Positions 1 to 14,917 of a stretch of 64,000 nt of DNA are shown here, piece by piece. Position numbers and translations under genes: made by a program. Source of the DNA: Haliotis rufescens (taxonomy: Eukaryota); the NCBI RefSeq assembly GCF_023055435.1, contig NW_025963815.1:558001-622000 (forward strand), given 5' to 3'. A model generated the notes under the pieces. It made no database searches. It saw only the letters and a list, made by a program, of their open reading frames with translations, and was not told where the DNA came from. Each line of letters starts with the position of its first letter. Position 1 is the first letter of the stretch.

Positions 1-303
1 GTTTCATGTTTGTTTTTGTTTGTTTGTTAGTTTGTTGTTTAACGCCGCACTCAGCTATATGAGGGCGGTCTGTAAAGAAAATAATCTGGACCAGACAATC
101 CAATGAGCATCGGTCTATGCAATTGGGATACATGACGTGAATCAACCAAGTAAGCGAGCCTGACCACCCGATCCCGCAAGTTGCCTCTTACGACAAGCAT
201 GGGTTGCTGGAGGCAAATTCTAACCTGAAATGTTCACGGGTCTGTTTCCTGTACATTACGCCACTGTCCCACTTTCCCACTTTCCATATCTTCTTACATG
301 ATC

Positions 304-1380
304 TATCTACTACTCAAAAGAAGTTAAAGAACACCCGATCTTTTCAAATGACCATAGTTAATCTGTCATGGCCATGCCTATATAAGAGGTTTGTTTTCAT
401 TTTTTCAAGACCAGAGGCCCATAAAACATATCAGTACATAAACGGTTATAAACATATAATAAGCAAAACACATGCGATCAATATTGATGAAGTGACCTAT
501 GTATCGTCATTGCTTTAAATGTGTATTTTGATAGCTGTACAGCTGTAAACCGACATTCACAGGACACAACATTTACAAAAGTGAGTGAGTTGGGTTTAAC
601 GCCGCTTTTAACAGTATTTCAGTTATATCACGGCGTGTCAGCCTAGTGTGGGAGGAAAGCCCGAAGTGATGCAGGTCTCGGACGTTTACCACTTCGGTGA
701 AACCCACTAGCACGGGTATGGTGCTGACAAATCTAGAAACATAATCGGGGCGAACCGGGATTCGAACCCACAATCATAGGTTTCTGGCGTGTCCAAGGGA
801 TGCAACTCTGCACATGCGCATCGCGGCACCTTAGACGACTGGGCCACCCGTGCCCCCCATTTACAAAAGACTCCATTGAATGTTTAGTCACGTAATAAGT
901 GTGAATACAGATTTGTCTAAGGTCAGTAACAGCATGGCATTTCAGCGGGAATGTGTATCCGTTTACAATCACTCTAACATTGGATCGGATACAATATTTA
1001 CATTATCTGTTTGCGTTGTCGAGGTCGATGTATCTTCCAGGTTCTAACACTAAGTGCTGACATCCACATCTAAATCTCGTAACTAAAAACTCTGGAGTCA
1101 AGTTGAGAACATTAGGTTTCCGTTTGTTGTATTGATTTATAAGTTGCATTTTAGCTGTAAGTTTAGAGGTTGCTGTTGTTGTTGTATGCCATCTTTGGAT
1201 GTGACGTTATACTCCGTGTTTAAATTCATATAAAATGCATCTACATTGCCTGCAGCTGAACCTTGCATTGTCCATGCATATCCAAAACCATAGAAACACG
1301 TATATCCATATAAATGGCCATGCCAGATAAACTACAGATATTGAAAATCTTCTTGAACTTCATTTGAGTCGTAGAGATAC
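304..1380. mobile_element. Degenerate inverted-repeat element (~85-bp arms at 304-385 and 1301-1380) with a SINE D inserted
   Basis: CTACTACTCAAAAGAAGTT...ATCTGTCATGGCCAT versus the reverse complement of ATGGCCATGCCAGAT...AACTTCATTTGAGTCGTAG. Confidence 0.55.
581..858 (-). mobile_element. tRNA-headed SINE family D, full length
   Basis: A-box TGGCCCAGTCGTCTAAGG, B-box GGTTCGAATCC, (ACTC)n tail, TSD ATTTACAAAA(G) at 571 and 859. Confidence 0.88.
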
Positions 1381-2785
1381 GTGTTTGTTCTTTGTCGTGG
1401 TGTTTATGACACAGTCGGAATCTAGCTATGGAGAGATCTCTTATTTTTTCCTAGGATTTTAGCGCTCTATGTAATTATAGTAATATTACATATTGTCCCC
1501 AATACCTGGGATACATAATCATGACTGATTCCATCGACTTTTTCCAGATCTAGTGAACATACCGTGAGAACCATATTATTAGTGGGAACGCGTGAAATAA
1601 AAGAAAGAAAATTTAAATTAAAAAAACAACTGGTTTTTTTCACTAATTGTGTAAGTTTGGTAAGTGGTGTTTGGTGACAGCCTAAGAGAAACCATTTCTT
1701 GAAAATGCACTTACTTTATATGAACCGTATGGTTTGTTGAAACTTGTGCATCATTGCCATTGAATATGCTTGCACACGGTGCCAGATAGTCAGGCAGGAG
1801 AAAGAACGTTACACGATAGACCCAGCTTCGTGCACACGGCGTCAGTCTACAGACAGTACGAGGTCCGTACAGTGCAGACTTCATTTCGAGCACACGGTGT
1901 ATGAAGGAGTAGGGGCAACACCAGACTCCCAGTCTCGGATCAGCTCGTGACAGTCCTGGCTAAATATACACCGACAAAGACTCTAGAAGCCGTGTAACCT
2001 GGCCTGATGTTTGTCTTCACATCTAAGTAGCGGTGTAACGGCATATCAAGTGCTCGTGCATGCGTATGTAAGATATGCTAGATATGCTCCATGTGTACCT
2101 GTAATCTAACACACGCGTGAAGATGTATCTGAACTGTGTCTTGGTATATAACATTCGTATCTGTTTCGTGTTTCTTGTTTGACTTATTGTCTTCTCCATG
2201 TGACCAAGTTACACACATGAATCTCCATGTTTGTTTGTTTGTTTGTTTGTTTGTTTGTTTGTTGTTTAACGCCACACTCACTAATATTCCACCTATTTGA
2301 TGGTAGTCTGTAAATAATCGAGTCTGGAGCAGACAATCCAGTGATTATTATCATGAGCATCGATCCACGCAATTGGAATATCAATATCTACCAAGTCAGA
2401 GTGCCTGACCACCCGATCCCGTTAGTCGCCTTACGACAAGAATAGTCACCTTTACGGCAAGCATGGGTTGCTGAAGACCTATTCTACCCCGGATCTTCAC
2501 GGGTCGAATCTCTTTGTAACTTTGGATTAATATATTCTTGTTCAAACCGCAACAAACTCCCCATGCATGGAGTATATATTTTTGATTTATTACAGTCCTA
2601 CCTCTGAAAAGCACACAGTTTAAATATATAGTTCATCCGCCTACACCAATTGTTTCAGAACCATTAGCCTTACGAAACAGTTTTATCTTTCATTCTCAGA
2701 TTAACAAAAATTATCATTTCAACAACATGCACATATTCGCGTTTCATTCAAGGTTTAAACAGCTTGACTCCCCTGATCAAAGCCG

Positions 2786-5700
2786 ACGTGGGTCTACTTC
2801 TGTACACGCGTGGGGCTACTTCTGTACACGCGTGGGGCTACTTCTGTACACGCGTGGGTCTACTTCTGTACACGCGAAGGGCTACTTCTGTTCACGCGTG
2901 GGTCTACTTCTGTACACGCTTGAGGCTACTTCTGTACACGCGTGGGTCTACTTCTGTACACGCGTTGGTCTACTTCTGTACACGCTTTGGTCTACTTCTG
3001 TACACGCGTGGGGCTACTTCTGTACACGCGTGGGGCTACTTCTGTACACGCGAAGGGCTACTTGTGTACACGCGTGAGGCTACTTCTGTACACGCGTGGG
3101 TCTACTTCTGTACACGCGTGAGGCTACTTCTGTACACGCGTGGGGCTACTTCTGTACACGCGTGGGGCTACTTCTGTACACGCGTGGGGCTACTTCTGTA
3201 CACGCGAAGGGCTACTTCTGTACACGCGAAGGGCTACTTCTGTACACGCGTTGGTCTACTTCTGTACACGCGTTGGTCTACTTCTGTACACGCGAAGGGC
3301 TACTTCTGTACACGCGTGAGGCTACTTCTGTACACGCTTGAGGCTACTTCTGTACACGCGTGGGGCTACTTCTGTACACGCGTTGGTCTACTTCTGTACA
3401 CGCGTGGGGCTACTTCTGTACACGCGTGGGTCTACTTCTGTACACGCGTGGGGCTACTTCTGTACACGCGAAGGGCTACTTCTGTACACGCGTGGGTCTA
3501 CTTCTGTACACGCGAAGGGCTACTTCTGTACACACGTGGGTCTACTTCTGTACACACGTGGGTCTACTTCAGTACACGCGTGAGGCTACTTCTGTACACG
3601 CGTGGGGCTACTTCTGTACACGCGAAGGGCTACTTCTGTACACACGTGGGTCTACTTCTGTACACGCGTGAGGCTACTTCTGTACACGCGTGGGTCTACT
3701 TCTGTACACGCGTTGGTCTACTTCTGTATACGCGAAGGGCTATTTCTGTACACGCGAAGGGCTACTTCTGTACACGCCTGAGGCTACTTCTGTACACGCG
3801 TGAGGCTACTTCTGTACACGCGTGGGGCTACTTCTGTACACGCGTGGGTCTACTTCTGTACACGCGTGGGTCTACTTCTGTACACGCGAAGGGCTACTTG
3901 TGTACACGCGTGGGTCTACTTCTGTACACGCGTGAGGCTACTTCTGTACACGCGTGGGTCTACTTCTGTACACGCGTGAGGCTACTTCTGTACACGCGTG
4001 GGGCTACTTCTGTACACGCGTGGGTCTACTTCTGTACACGCGAAGGGCTACTTCTGTACACGCGAAGGGCTACTTCTGTACACGCGAAGGGCTACTTCTG
4101 TACACGCGTTGGTCTACTTCTGTACACGCGTTGGTCTACTTCTGTACACGCGAAGGGCTACTTCTGTACACGCGTGAGGCTACTTCTGTACACGCTTGAG
4201 GCTACTTCTGTACACGCGTGGGGCTACTTCTGTACACGCGTTGGTCTACTTCTGTACACGCGTGGGGCTACTTCTGTACACGCGTGGGTCTACTTCTGTA
4301 CACGCGTGGGGCTACTTCTGTACACGCGAAGGGCTACTTCTGTACACGCGTGGGTCTACTTCTGTACACGCGAAGGGCTACTTCTGTACACACGTGGGTC
4401 TACTTCTGTACACACGTGGGTCTACTTCAGTACACGCGTGAGGCTACTTCTGTACACGCGTGGGGCTACTTCTGTACACGCGAAGGGCTACTTCTGTACA
4501 CACGTGGGTCTACTTCTGTACACGCGTGAGGCTACTTCTGTACACGCGTGGGTCTACTTCTGTACACGCGTTGGTCTACTTCTGTATACGCGAAGGGCTA
4601 TTTCTGTACACGCGAAGGGCTACTTCTGTACACGCCTGAGGCTACTTCTGTACACGCGTGAGGCTACTTCTGTACACGCGTGGGGCTACTTCTGTACACG
4701 CGTGGGTCTACTTCTGTACACGCGTGGGTCTACTTCTGTACACGCGAAGGGCTACTTCTGTACACGCGAAGGGCTACTTCTGTACACGCGTTGGTCTACT
4801 TCTGTACACGCGTGGGGCTACTTCTGTACACGCGAAGGGCTACTTCTGTACACGCTTGGGTCTACTTCTGTACACGCGTGGGGCTACTTCTGTACACGCG
4901 AAAGGCTACTTCTGTACACGCGTGGGTCTACTTCTGTACACGCGTGGGGCTACTTCTGTACATGCGTGGGGCTACTTCTGTACACGCGTGGGTCTACTTC
5001 TGTACACGCGTTGGTCTACTTCTGTACACGCGTGGGGCTACTTCTGTACACGCGTGGGGCTACTTCTGTACACGCGTGGGGCTACTTCTGTACACGCGTG
5101 GGGCTACTTCTGTACACGCGTGGAGCTACTTCTGTACACGCGTTGGTCTACTTCTGTACACGCGTGGGGCTACTTCTGTACACGCGTGGGGCTACTTCTG
5201 TACACGCGTGGGGCTACTTCTGTACACGCGTGAGGCTACTTCTGTACACGCGTGGGGCTACTTCTGTACACGCGTGGGGCTACATCTGTACACGCGTGGG
5301 GCTACTTCTGTACACGCGTTGGTCTACTTCTGTACACGCGTGGGGCTACTTCTGTACACGCGTGAGGCTACTTCTGTACACGCGTGGGGCTACTTGTGTA
5401 CACGCGTGGGGCTACTTCTGTACTAGCGTGGGGCTACTTCTGTACACGCGTGGGGCGGCTTCTGTACTAGCGTTGGGCTACTTCTGTACTAGCGTGGGGC
5501 TACTTCTGTACTAGCGTGGGGCTACTTCTGTACTAGCATGGGGCTACTTCTGTACACGCGTGGGGCTACTTCTGTACACGCGTGGGGCTACTTCTGTACA
5601 CGCGTGAGGCTACATCTGTACACGCGTGAGGCTACTTCTGTACACGCGTGGGGCTACTTCTGTACACGCGTGGGGCTACTTCTGAACACGCGTGGGGCTA

Positions 5701-6003
5701 CTTCTGTACACGCGTGGGGCTACTTCTGTACACGCGTTGGTCTACTTTTGTACACGCGTGGGGCTACTTCTGTACACGCGTTGGTCTACTTCTGTACACG
5801 CGTTGGTCTACTTCTGTACACGCGTGGGACTACTTCTGTACACGCGTGGGGCTACTTCTGTACACGCGTGGGGCTACTTCTGTACACGCGTGGGGCTACT
5901 TCTGTACACGCGTGGGGCTACTTCTGTACACGCGTGGGGCTACTTCTGTACACGCGTGGGGCTACTTCTGTACACCAGTGGGGCTACTTCTGTACACCAG
6001 TGG
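2786..6003. repeat. 22-bp satellite (CACGCGTGGGGCTACTTCTGTA)n, ~146 units, with an 858-bp (39-unit) higher-order duplication
   Basis: Read directly. Variant patterns recur at +858 (e.g. ORF starts 3096/3954 and 3338/4196). Confidence 0.97.
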
Positions 6004-6429
6004 CGCTAACGGCTTATGTTAACTTTCCAAGAACCCGGGTGACAGTTCTCTGTCTGAAGTTTCGGCATATGTACTATTTTAAACACTCAGTCGTGGAGGC
6101 TCACATGCATGCGCAGCAGAAACATTGCTGATTCGTCGTGTTATCATTATCGGTTTCTCCAGGCGGCGAGGGGTTCCCCCGACGTGAAACATGTGCACCT
6201 CACTGGTAAGAATTCTAATTGAGTTAGAAGAAACTCATCTTCGTCAAACGACATCACTTATCTCCCCGCCACTGAAGCTGGTTCGCTGTAAGTTACATGC
6301 TCAAGACACTGGGTATTACTGTTTACAAACTGAAAAAGTTGGATGATAAATAGAATCTCACCTCTGTGGCTTTTGATACTCGTCAATGAAAGTTTAAAAC
6401 GACCCCTGTTGACCAACCAGCACCTCCTT

Positions 6430-9400
6430 ACACCCCACCCTCACCCCACAAACCACCCCACCACCAGCCAACCACCCTAAACCCTACCACCATCACCTCC
6501 CCGCACCCCTACCCACCCTCACCCCACAAACCATCCCACCACCAGCCAACCACCCTAAACCCTCCCACCATCACCTCCCCGCACCCCACCCTCACCCCAC
6601 AAACCATCCCACCACCAGCCAACCACCCCAAACCCTCCCACCATCACCTCCCCGCACCCCACCCTCACCCCACAAACCATCCCACCACCAGCCAACCACC
6701 CTAAACCCTACCACCATCACCTCCCCGCACCCCACCCTCACCCCACAAACCATCCCACCACCAGCCAACCACCCCAAACCCTCCCACCATCACCTCCCCG
6801 CACCCCACCCTCACCCCACAAACCATCCCACCACCAGCCAACCACCCTAAACCCTACCACCATCACCTCCCCGCACCCCACCCTCACCCCACAAACCATC
6901 CCACCACCAGCCAACCACCCTAAACCCTACCACCATCACCTCCCCGCACCCCACCCTCACCCCACAAACCATCCCACCACCAGCCAACCACCCCAAACCC
7001 TACCACCATCACCTCCCCGCACCCCACCCTCACCCCACAAACCATCCCACCACCAGCCAACCACCCCAAACCCTACCACCATCACCTCCCCGCACCCCAC
7101 CCTCACCCCACAAACCATCCCACCACCAGCCAACCACCCTAAACCCTACCACCATCACCTCCCCGCACCCCACCCTCACCCCACAAACCATCCCACCATC
7201 ACCTCCCCGCACCCCACCCTCACCCCACAAACCATCCCACCACCAGCCAACCACCCTAAACCCTACCACCATCACCTCCCCGCACCCCACCCTCACCCCA
7301 CAAACCATCCCACCACCAGCCAACCACCCCAAACCCTCCCACCATCACCTCCACGCACCCCACCCTCACCCCACAAACCATCCCACCACCAGCCAACCAC
7401 CCTAAACCCTACCACCATCACCTCCCCGCACCCCACCCTCACCCCACAAACCATCCCACCACCAGCCAACCACCCCAAACCCTACCACCATCACCTCCCC
7501 GCACCCCACCCTCACCCCACAAACCATCCCACCACCAGCTAACCACCCCAAACCCTACCACCATCACCTCCCCGCACCCCACCCTCACCCCACAAACCAT
7601 CCCACCATCACCTCCCCGCACCCCACCCTCACCCCACAAACCATCCCACCACCAGCCAACCACCCTAAACCCTACCACCATCACCTCCCCGCACCCCACC
7701 CTCACCCCACAAACCATCCCACCACCAGCCAACCACCCCAAACCCTCCCACCATCACCTCCCCGCACCCCACCCTCACCCCACAAACCATCCCACCACCA
7801 GCCAACCACCCTAAACCCTACCACCATCACCTCCCCGCACCCCACCCTCACCCCACAAACCATCCCACCATCACCTCCCCGCACCCCACCCTCACCCCAC
7901 AAACCATCCCACCACCAGCCAACCACCCTAAACCCTACCACCATCACCTCCCCGCACCCCACCCTCACCCCACAAACCATCCCACCACCAGCCAACCACC
8001 CCAAACCCTCCCACCATCACCTCCCCGCACCCCACCCTCACCCCACAAACCATCCCACCACCAGCCAACCACCCTAAACCCTACCACCATCACCTCCCCG
8101 CACCCCACCCTCACCCCACAAACCATCCCACCACCAGCCAACCACCCCAAACCCTACCACCATCAACTCCCCGCACCCCACCCTCACCCCACAAACCATC
8201 CCACCACCAGCCAACCACCCCAAACCCTACCACCATCACCTCCCCGCACCCCACCCTCACCCCACAAACCATCCCACCATCACCTCCCCGCACCCCACCC
8301 TCACCCCACAAACCACCCCACCATCACCTCCCCGCACCCCACCCTCACCCCACAAACCATCCCACCACCAGCCAACCACCCTAAACCCTACCACCATCAC
8401 CTCCCCGCACCCCACCCTCACCCCACAAACCATCCCACCACCAGCCAACCACCCCAAACCCTACCACCATCACCTCCCCGCACCCCACCCTCACCCCACA
8501 AACCATCCCACCACCAGCCAACCACCCTAAACCCTACCACCATCACCTCCCCGCACCCCACCCTCACCCCACAAACCACCCCACCACCAGCCAACCACCC
8601 TAAACCCTACCACCATCACCTCCCCGCACCCCACCCTCACCCCACAAACCATCCCACCACCAGCCAACCACCCTAAACCCTACCACCATCACCTCCCCGC
8701 ACCCCACCCTCACCCCACAAACCATCCCACCACCAGCCAACCACCCTAAACCCTACCACCATCACCTCCCCGCACCCCACCCTCACCCCACAAACCACCC
8801 CACCACCAGCCAACCACCCCAAACCCTACCACCATCACCTCCCCGCACCCCACCCTCACCCCACAAACCACACCACCACCAGCCAACCACCCTAAACCCT
8901 ACCACCATCACCTCCCCGCACCCCACCCTCACCCCACAAACCACCCCACCACCAGCCAACCACCCCAAACCCTACCACCATCACCTCCCCGCACCCCACC
9001 CTCACCCCACAAACCATCCCACCATCACCTCCCCGCACCCCACCCTCACCCCACAAACCATCCCACCACCAGCCAACCACCCTAAACCCTACCACCATCA
9101 CCTCCCCGCACCCCACCCTCACCCCACAAACCATCCCACCACCAGCCAACCACCCCAAACCCTCCCACCATCACCTCCCCGCACCCCACCCTCACCCCAC
9201 AAACCATCCCACCACCAGCCAACCACCCTAAACCCTACCACCATCACCTCCCCGCACCCCACCCTCACCCCACAAACCATCCCACCATCACCTCCCCGCA
9301 CCCCACCCTCACCCCACAAACCATCCCACCACCAGCCAACCACCCTAAACCCTACCACCATCACCTCCCCGCACCCCACCCTCACCCCACAAACCATCCC

Positions 9401-11300
9401 ACCACCAGCCAACCACCCCAAACCCTACCACCATCACCTCCCCGCACCCCACCCTCACCCCACAAACCATCCCACCACCAGCCAACCACCCTAAACCCTA
9501 CCACCATCACCTCCCCGCACCCCACCCTCACCCCACAAACCACCCCACCACCAGCCAACCACCCTAAACCCTACCACCATCACCTCCCCGCACCCCACCC
9601 TCACCCCACAAACCATCCCACCACCAGCCAACCACCCTAAACCCTACCACCATCACCTCCCCGCACCCCACCCTCACCCCACAAACCATCCCACCACCAG
9701 CCAACCACCCTAAACCCTACCACCATCACCTCCCCGCACCCCACCCTCACCCCACAAACCACCCCACCACCAGCCAACCACCCCAAACCCTACCACCATC
9801 ACCTCCCCGCACCCCACCCTCACCCCACAAACCACACCACCACCAGCCAACCACCCTAAACCCTACCACCATCACCTCCCCGCACCCCACCCTCACCCCA
9901 CAAACCACCCCACCACCAGCCAACCACCCCAAACCCTACCACCATCACCTCCCCGCACCCCACCCTCACCCCACAAACCATCCCACCACCAGCCAACCAC
10001 CCCAAACCCTACCACCATCACCTCCCCGCACCCCACCCTCACCCCACAAACCATCCCACCACCAGCCAACCACCCCAAACCCTACCACCATCACCTCCCC
10101 GCACCCCACCCTCACCCCACAAACCATCCCACCACCAGCCAACCACCCTAAACCCTACCACCATCACCTCCCCGCACCCCACCCTCACCCCACAAACCAT
10201 CCCACCACCAGCCAACCACCCCAAACCCTACCACCATCACCTCCCCGCACCCCACCCTCACCCCACAAACCACCCCGCCACCAGCCAACCACCCCAAACC
10301 CTACCACCATCACCTCCCCGCACCCCACCCTCACCCCACAAACCATCCCACCACCAGCCAACCACCCCAAACCCTACCACCATCACCTCCCCGCACCCCA
10401 CCCTCACCCCACAAACCATCCCACCACCAGCCAACCACCCTAAACCCTACCACCATCACCTCCCCGCACCCCACCCTCACCCCACAAACCATCCCACCAC
10501 CAGCCAACCACCCTAAACCCTACCACCATCACCTCCCCGCACCCCACCCTCACCCCACAAACCATCCCACCACCAGCCAACCACCCCAAACCCTACCACC
10601 ATCACCTCCCCGCACCCCACCCTCACCCCACAAACCACCCCGCCACCAGCCAACCACCCCAAACCCTACCACCATCACCTCCCCGCACCCCACCCTCACC
10701 CCACAAACCATCCCACCACCAGCCAACCACCCCAAACCCTACCACCATCACCTCCCCGCACCCCACCCTCACCCCACAAACCATCCCACCACCAGCGAAC
10801 CACCCTAAACCCTACCACCATCACCTCCCCGCACCCCACCCTCACCCCACAAACCATCCCACCACCAGCCAACCACCCCAAACCCTACCACCATCACCTC
10901 CCCGCACCCCACCCTCACCCCACAAACCACCCCGCCACCAGCCAACCACCCCAAACCCTACCACCATCACCTCCCCGCACCCCACCCTCACCCCACAAAC
11001 CACCCCGCCACCAGCCAACCACCCTAAACCCTACCACCATCACCTCCCCGCACCCCACCCTCACCCCACAAACCATCCCACCACCAGCCAACCACCCTAA
11101 ACCCTACCACCATCACCTCCCCTCACCCCACCCTCACCCCACAAACCACCCCGCCACCAGCCAACCACCCTAAACCCTACCACCATCACCTCCCCGCACC
11201 CCACCCTCACCCCACAAACCACCCCGCCACCAGCCAACCACCCTAAACCCTACCACCATCACCTCCCCGCACCCCACCCTCACCCCACAAACCACCCCGC
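6430..11300. repeat. C/A-rich 73-bp satellite with 44-bp deletion variants
   Basis: Unit CCCCACCCTCACCCCACAAACCATCCCACCACCAGCCAACCACCCTAAACCCTACCACCATCACCTCCCCGCA; 146- and 263-bp periodicities. Confidence 0.97.
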
Positions 11301-13032
11301 CAGCACGCCGGGTAACAGACGTCTACAGGTAGCTAGCACGCCAGGTAACAGACGTCTACAGGTAGCCAGCACGCCAGGTAACAGACATATACGGGTCGCA
11401 AGCACGCCCGGTAACAGACGTCTACGGGTAGCCAGCACGCCAGATCACAGACGTCTACAGGTAGCTAGCACGCCAGGTAACAGACGTCTACAGGTAGCCA
11501 GCACGCCAGTTAACAGACGTCTACAGGTAGCCAACACGCCAGGTCACAGACGTCTACATGTAGCCAACACGCCAGGTATCAGACGTCTACGGGTAGCCAG
11601 CACGCCAGGTAACAGACATCTACGGGTAGCCAGCACTCCAGGTAACAGACGTCTACAGGTAGCCAGCACGCCAGGTAACAGACATCTACGGGTAGCCAGC
11701 ACGCCAGGTAACAGACGTCTACAGGTAGCCAGCACGCCAGGTAACAGACATATACGGGTCGCAAGCACGCCCGGTAACAGACGTCTACGGGTAGCCAGCA
11801 CGCCAGATCACAGACGTCTACAGGTAGCTAGCACGCCAGGTAACAGACGTCTACGGGTAGCCAGCACGCCAGGTAACAGACGTCTACAGGTAGCCAGCAC
11901 GCCAGGTAACAGACATCTACGGGTAGCCAGCACGCCAGGTAACAGACGTCTACAGGTAGCCAGCACGCCAGGTAACAGACATCTACGGGTAGCCAGCACG
12001 CCAGGTAACAGACGTCAACGGGTAGCCAGCACGCCAGGTAACAGACATCTACGGGTAGCCAGCACGCCAGGTAACAGACGTCTACGGGTAGCCAGCACGC
12101 CAGGTAACAGACGTCTACAGGTCGCTAGCACGCCAGGTAACAGACGTCTACGGGTGGCCAGCACGCCAGGTAACAGACATCTACGGGTAGCCAGCACGCC
12201 AGGTAACAGACGTCTACGGGTAGCCAGCACGCCAGGTAAAAGACATCTACGGGTAGCCAGCACGCCAGGTAACAGACATCTACGGGTAGCCAGCACGCCA
12301 GGTAACAGACGTCTTCGGGTAGCCAGCACGCCAGGTAACAGACGTCTACAGGTCGCTAGCACGCCAGGTAACAGACGTCTACAGGTAGCCAGCACGCCAG
12401 GTAACAGACGTCTACAGGTCGCTAGCACGCCAGGTAACAGACATCTACGGGTAGCCAGCACGCCAGGTAACAGACGTCTACAGGTCGCTAGCACGCCAGG
12501 TAACAGACATCTACGGGTAGCCAGCACGCCAGGTAACAGACGTCTACAGGTCGCTAGCACGCCAGGTAACAGACGTCTACAGGTCGCTAGCACGCCCGGT
12601 AACAGACATCTACGGGTAGCCAGCACGCCAGGTAACAGACGTCTACAGGTCGCTAGCACGCCAGGTAACAGACGTCTACGGGTAGCCAGCACGCCAGGTA
12701 ACAGACGTCTACAGGTAGCCAACACGCCAGGTAACAGACGTCTAGAGGTAGTTTGCACGCCAGGTAACAGACGTCTAAAGGTAGCCAGCACGCCAGGTAA
12801 CAGACGTCTACGGGTAGCCAGCACGCCAGGTAACAGACGTCTACAGGTAGCCAGCACGCCAGGTAACAGACGTCTACAGGTAGCCAGCACGCCAGGTAAC
12901 AGACGTCTACAGGTCGCTAGCACGCCAGGTAACAGACGTCTACGGGTAGCCAGCACGCCAGGTCACAGACGTCTACAGGTAGCCAGCACGCCAGGTAACA
13001 GACGTCTACGGGTAGCCAGCACGCCTGGTAAT
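11298..13032. repeat. 33-bp minisatellite (GCACGCCAGGTAACAGACGTCTACAGGTAGCCA)n, ~52 units
   Basis: Read directly; abuts the 73-bp array. Confidence 0.97.
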
Positions 13033-14585
13033 CGACCTCGGGTTGCTAGGCACTCCCTGTTGTTTTAACGCCGCGACATTGTGGGAGGCAAGACCTTGGC
13101 ACTGCTTGCACTGAATTCAAAATGGTGGTTGAAAAAATGTGTGTTGATGCATGAGTTATGCAACTGCTGCATTGTTTAAAAAGTTGGAGAGAACATTTTC
13201 ATGAGGAGGAGAGTGGAATTGATGCTGCCGATAAGTCAGCACTGTCTGTAACACAAATATACCGATACACAGTGCAACTCTGTGTCAATAGGCGCAAAGT
13301 ATAATGTGTTGATGAATAACAAGAACAGCATCTAAAGGAAATGTTTCCGTATGGGCGTGTGTAGTTCTAGATAGCATGGAGACGCGCCCTAGAGTTAGTA
13401 GTCGGAAGAGCTGGTCATCGGATATGCTTTCCGAAAAATTAAAAATTACAAAATACATAATTATTCTGAACGAGTTTGGGTTTTTTTAAAATGCCTTGGA
13501 TGTTTGTTGACTAAAGTCCGGTGCATGAACGATAACGCGAGTTTTATTGGAGGATATACGGCATTGTTACAATGTTGGTCTCCCTTGGGAATAGAACCCA
13601 TTTTGAACTCATAGCAGCCATTGTCTCAAGCCATAAGTCAACATAAGAACAAAGCGAAGTAACAGTACAATGAGAGTGGTTATGGTGCCGACAAACCTTG
13701 GAACGTAGTGGGTTAAGCGTTCGCAGGCCGGGTTCGATTCCCCATATTGTGAGAAGCCCATTTCTGTTTGTCCGCCGTCGTGATATTGCTGGAATATCGC
13801 TAAAACCGGCGTAACTTGCAACGTAATCGGGATCCGGGCAACTAAGGGAAGTAACTCTGCACTGCACGGCACGGCACGGCACGTGCACTCTAAAGTTACT
13901 CTTATGCATGTTGTGCAAATCCTGTTTTATGGGGATGCATTAAAGTAGTTAACATTAGCTAGACCTACCATGCAGATCCTGACATCAGTGAGTAAGGTTT
14001 TACGCCGCTTTTAGCAATATTCCAGGAATGCCACGGCGGGCTTTGCACATTGTACCCATGTGGGGAATCGAACCGGGGTCTTCGGCGTGGCGAGCGAACG
14101 CTCTAACCACTAGACTACCCCACCGCACCTCCCATGACATGAAACTCACCCTCAGCTGAAACAACAACATGTGCACAATAAGTTGTTTCAGCAGTTTCAA
14201 TATTGACTTCCCTACCAGCTGCATGCTGCTCCGTGAAGACGTGCAGGAGGTGACTCAGACTGTCAGAGAAGCCATGTCAGGACTGAACACCAGACCCTCC
14301 CCGACAGAACGCGGGTACGGTGACCCAGATGTCGCCATAGAAAATACATGTAAGTCATACTAATAGGTACTCAAGAAGAATTGGTTAGAATTGATCTTCA
14401 GCAACCCATGCTTGTCGTAAGAAGCGACTACCGGGATCGGGTAGTCAGGCTCACTGACTTAGTTGATGCATGTCATCGTATCCCAGTTGCGGAGATCAAT
14501 GCTCATCGCGCCATCACTGAAATTCCTGGTCAGTTATTTTTAGACAATAAACAAACAAGATACTAATAACAATTGAGGGAGTAAG

Positions 14586-14917
14586 GTGAGGTGAGGTGAA
14601 AAGGGGGGTTAACGTCGCGTCCAAGATTATTGCACTTATATAGCGACGTGAACGTACGTGTGTGTGTTTGTGTGGCTGCTTGTAGTAGTCCGGACTGATG
14701 CCGATTTATAGTGCTAGCTCACTGCGATACCATGCCGCAGTTTAACATGAATACCCCACTCAGACACAGTATACTGACTCCGAGCCGACCAGTCCTTGTT
14801 TTAGCCCCTTAATGCCGAGCGCTAGACAGGGTAACAACAAGTAACATCTTTTAACGTCGAACCCCGGACCTTCCGCTCTCCTGGCGGACGCTCTACCATT
14901 AGACCACGGAGGCGGTC
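14586..14917 (-). mobile_element. tRNA-headed SINE family B copy
   Basis: Near-identical to 18098-18447 and 27289-27624. Confidence 0.87.

Noticed and set aside
2727-6131. 916-aa and overlapping repetitive ORFs
   Set aside because: These are translations of a 22-bp satellite; the same peptide appears in all three frames and there is no gene context.
6592-13068. Gly/Trp/Val-rich ORFs and 11-aa repeat ORFs (VASTPGNRRLQ)
   Set aside because: Stop-free frames of the 73- and 33-bp arrays; the 33-bp array is open on both strands, with no codon-position bias evident.
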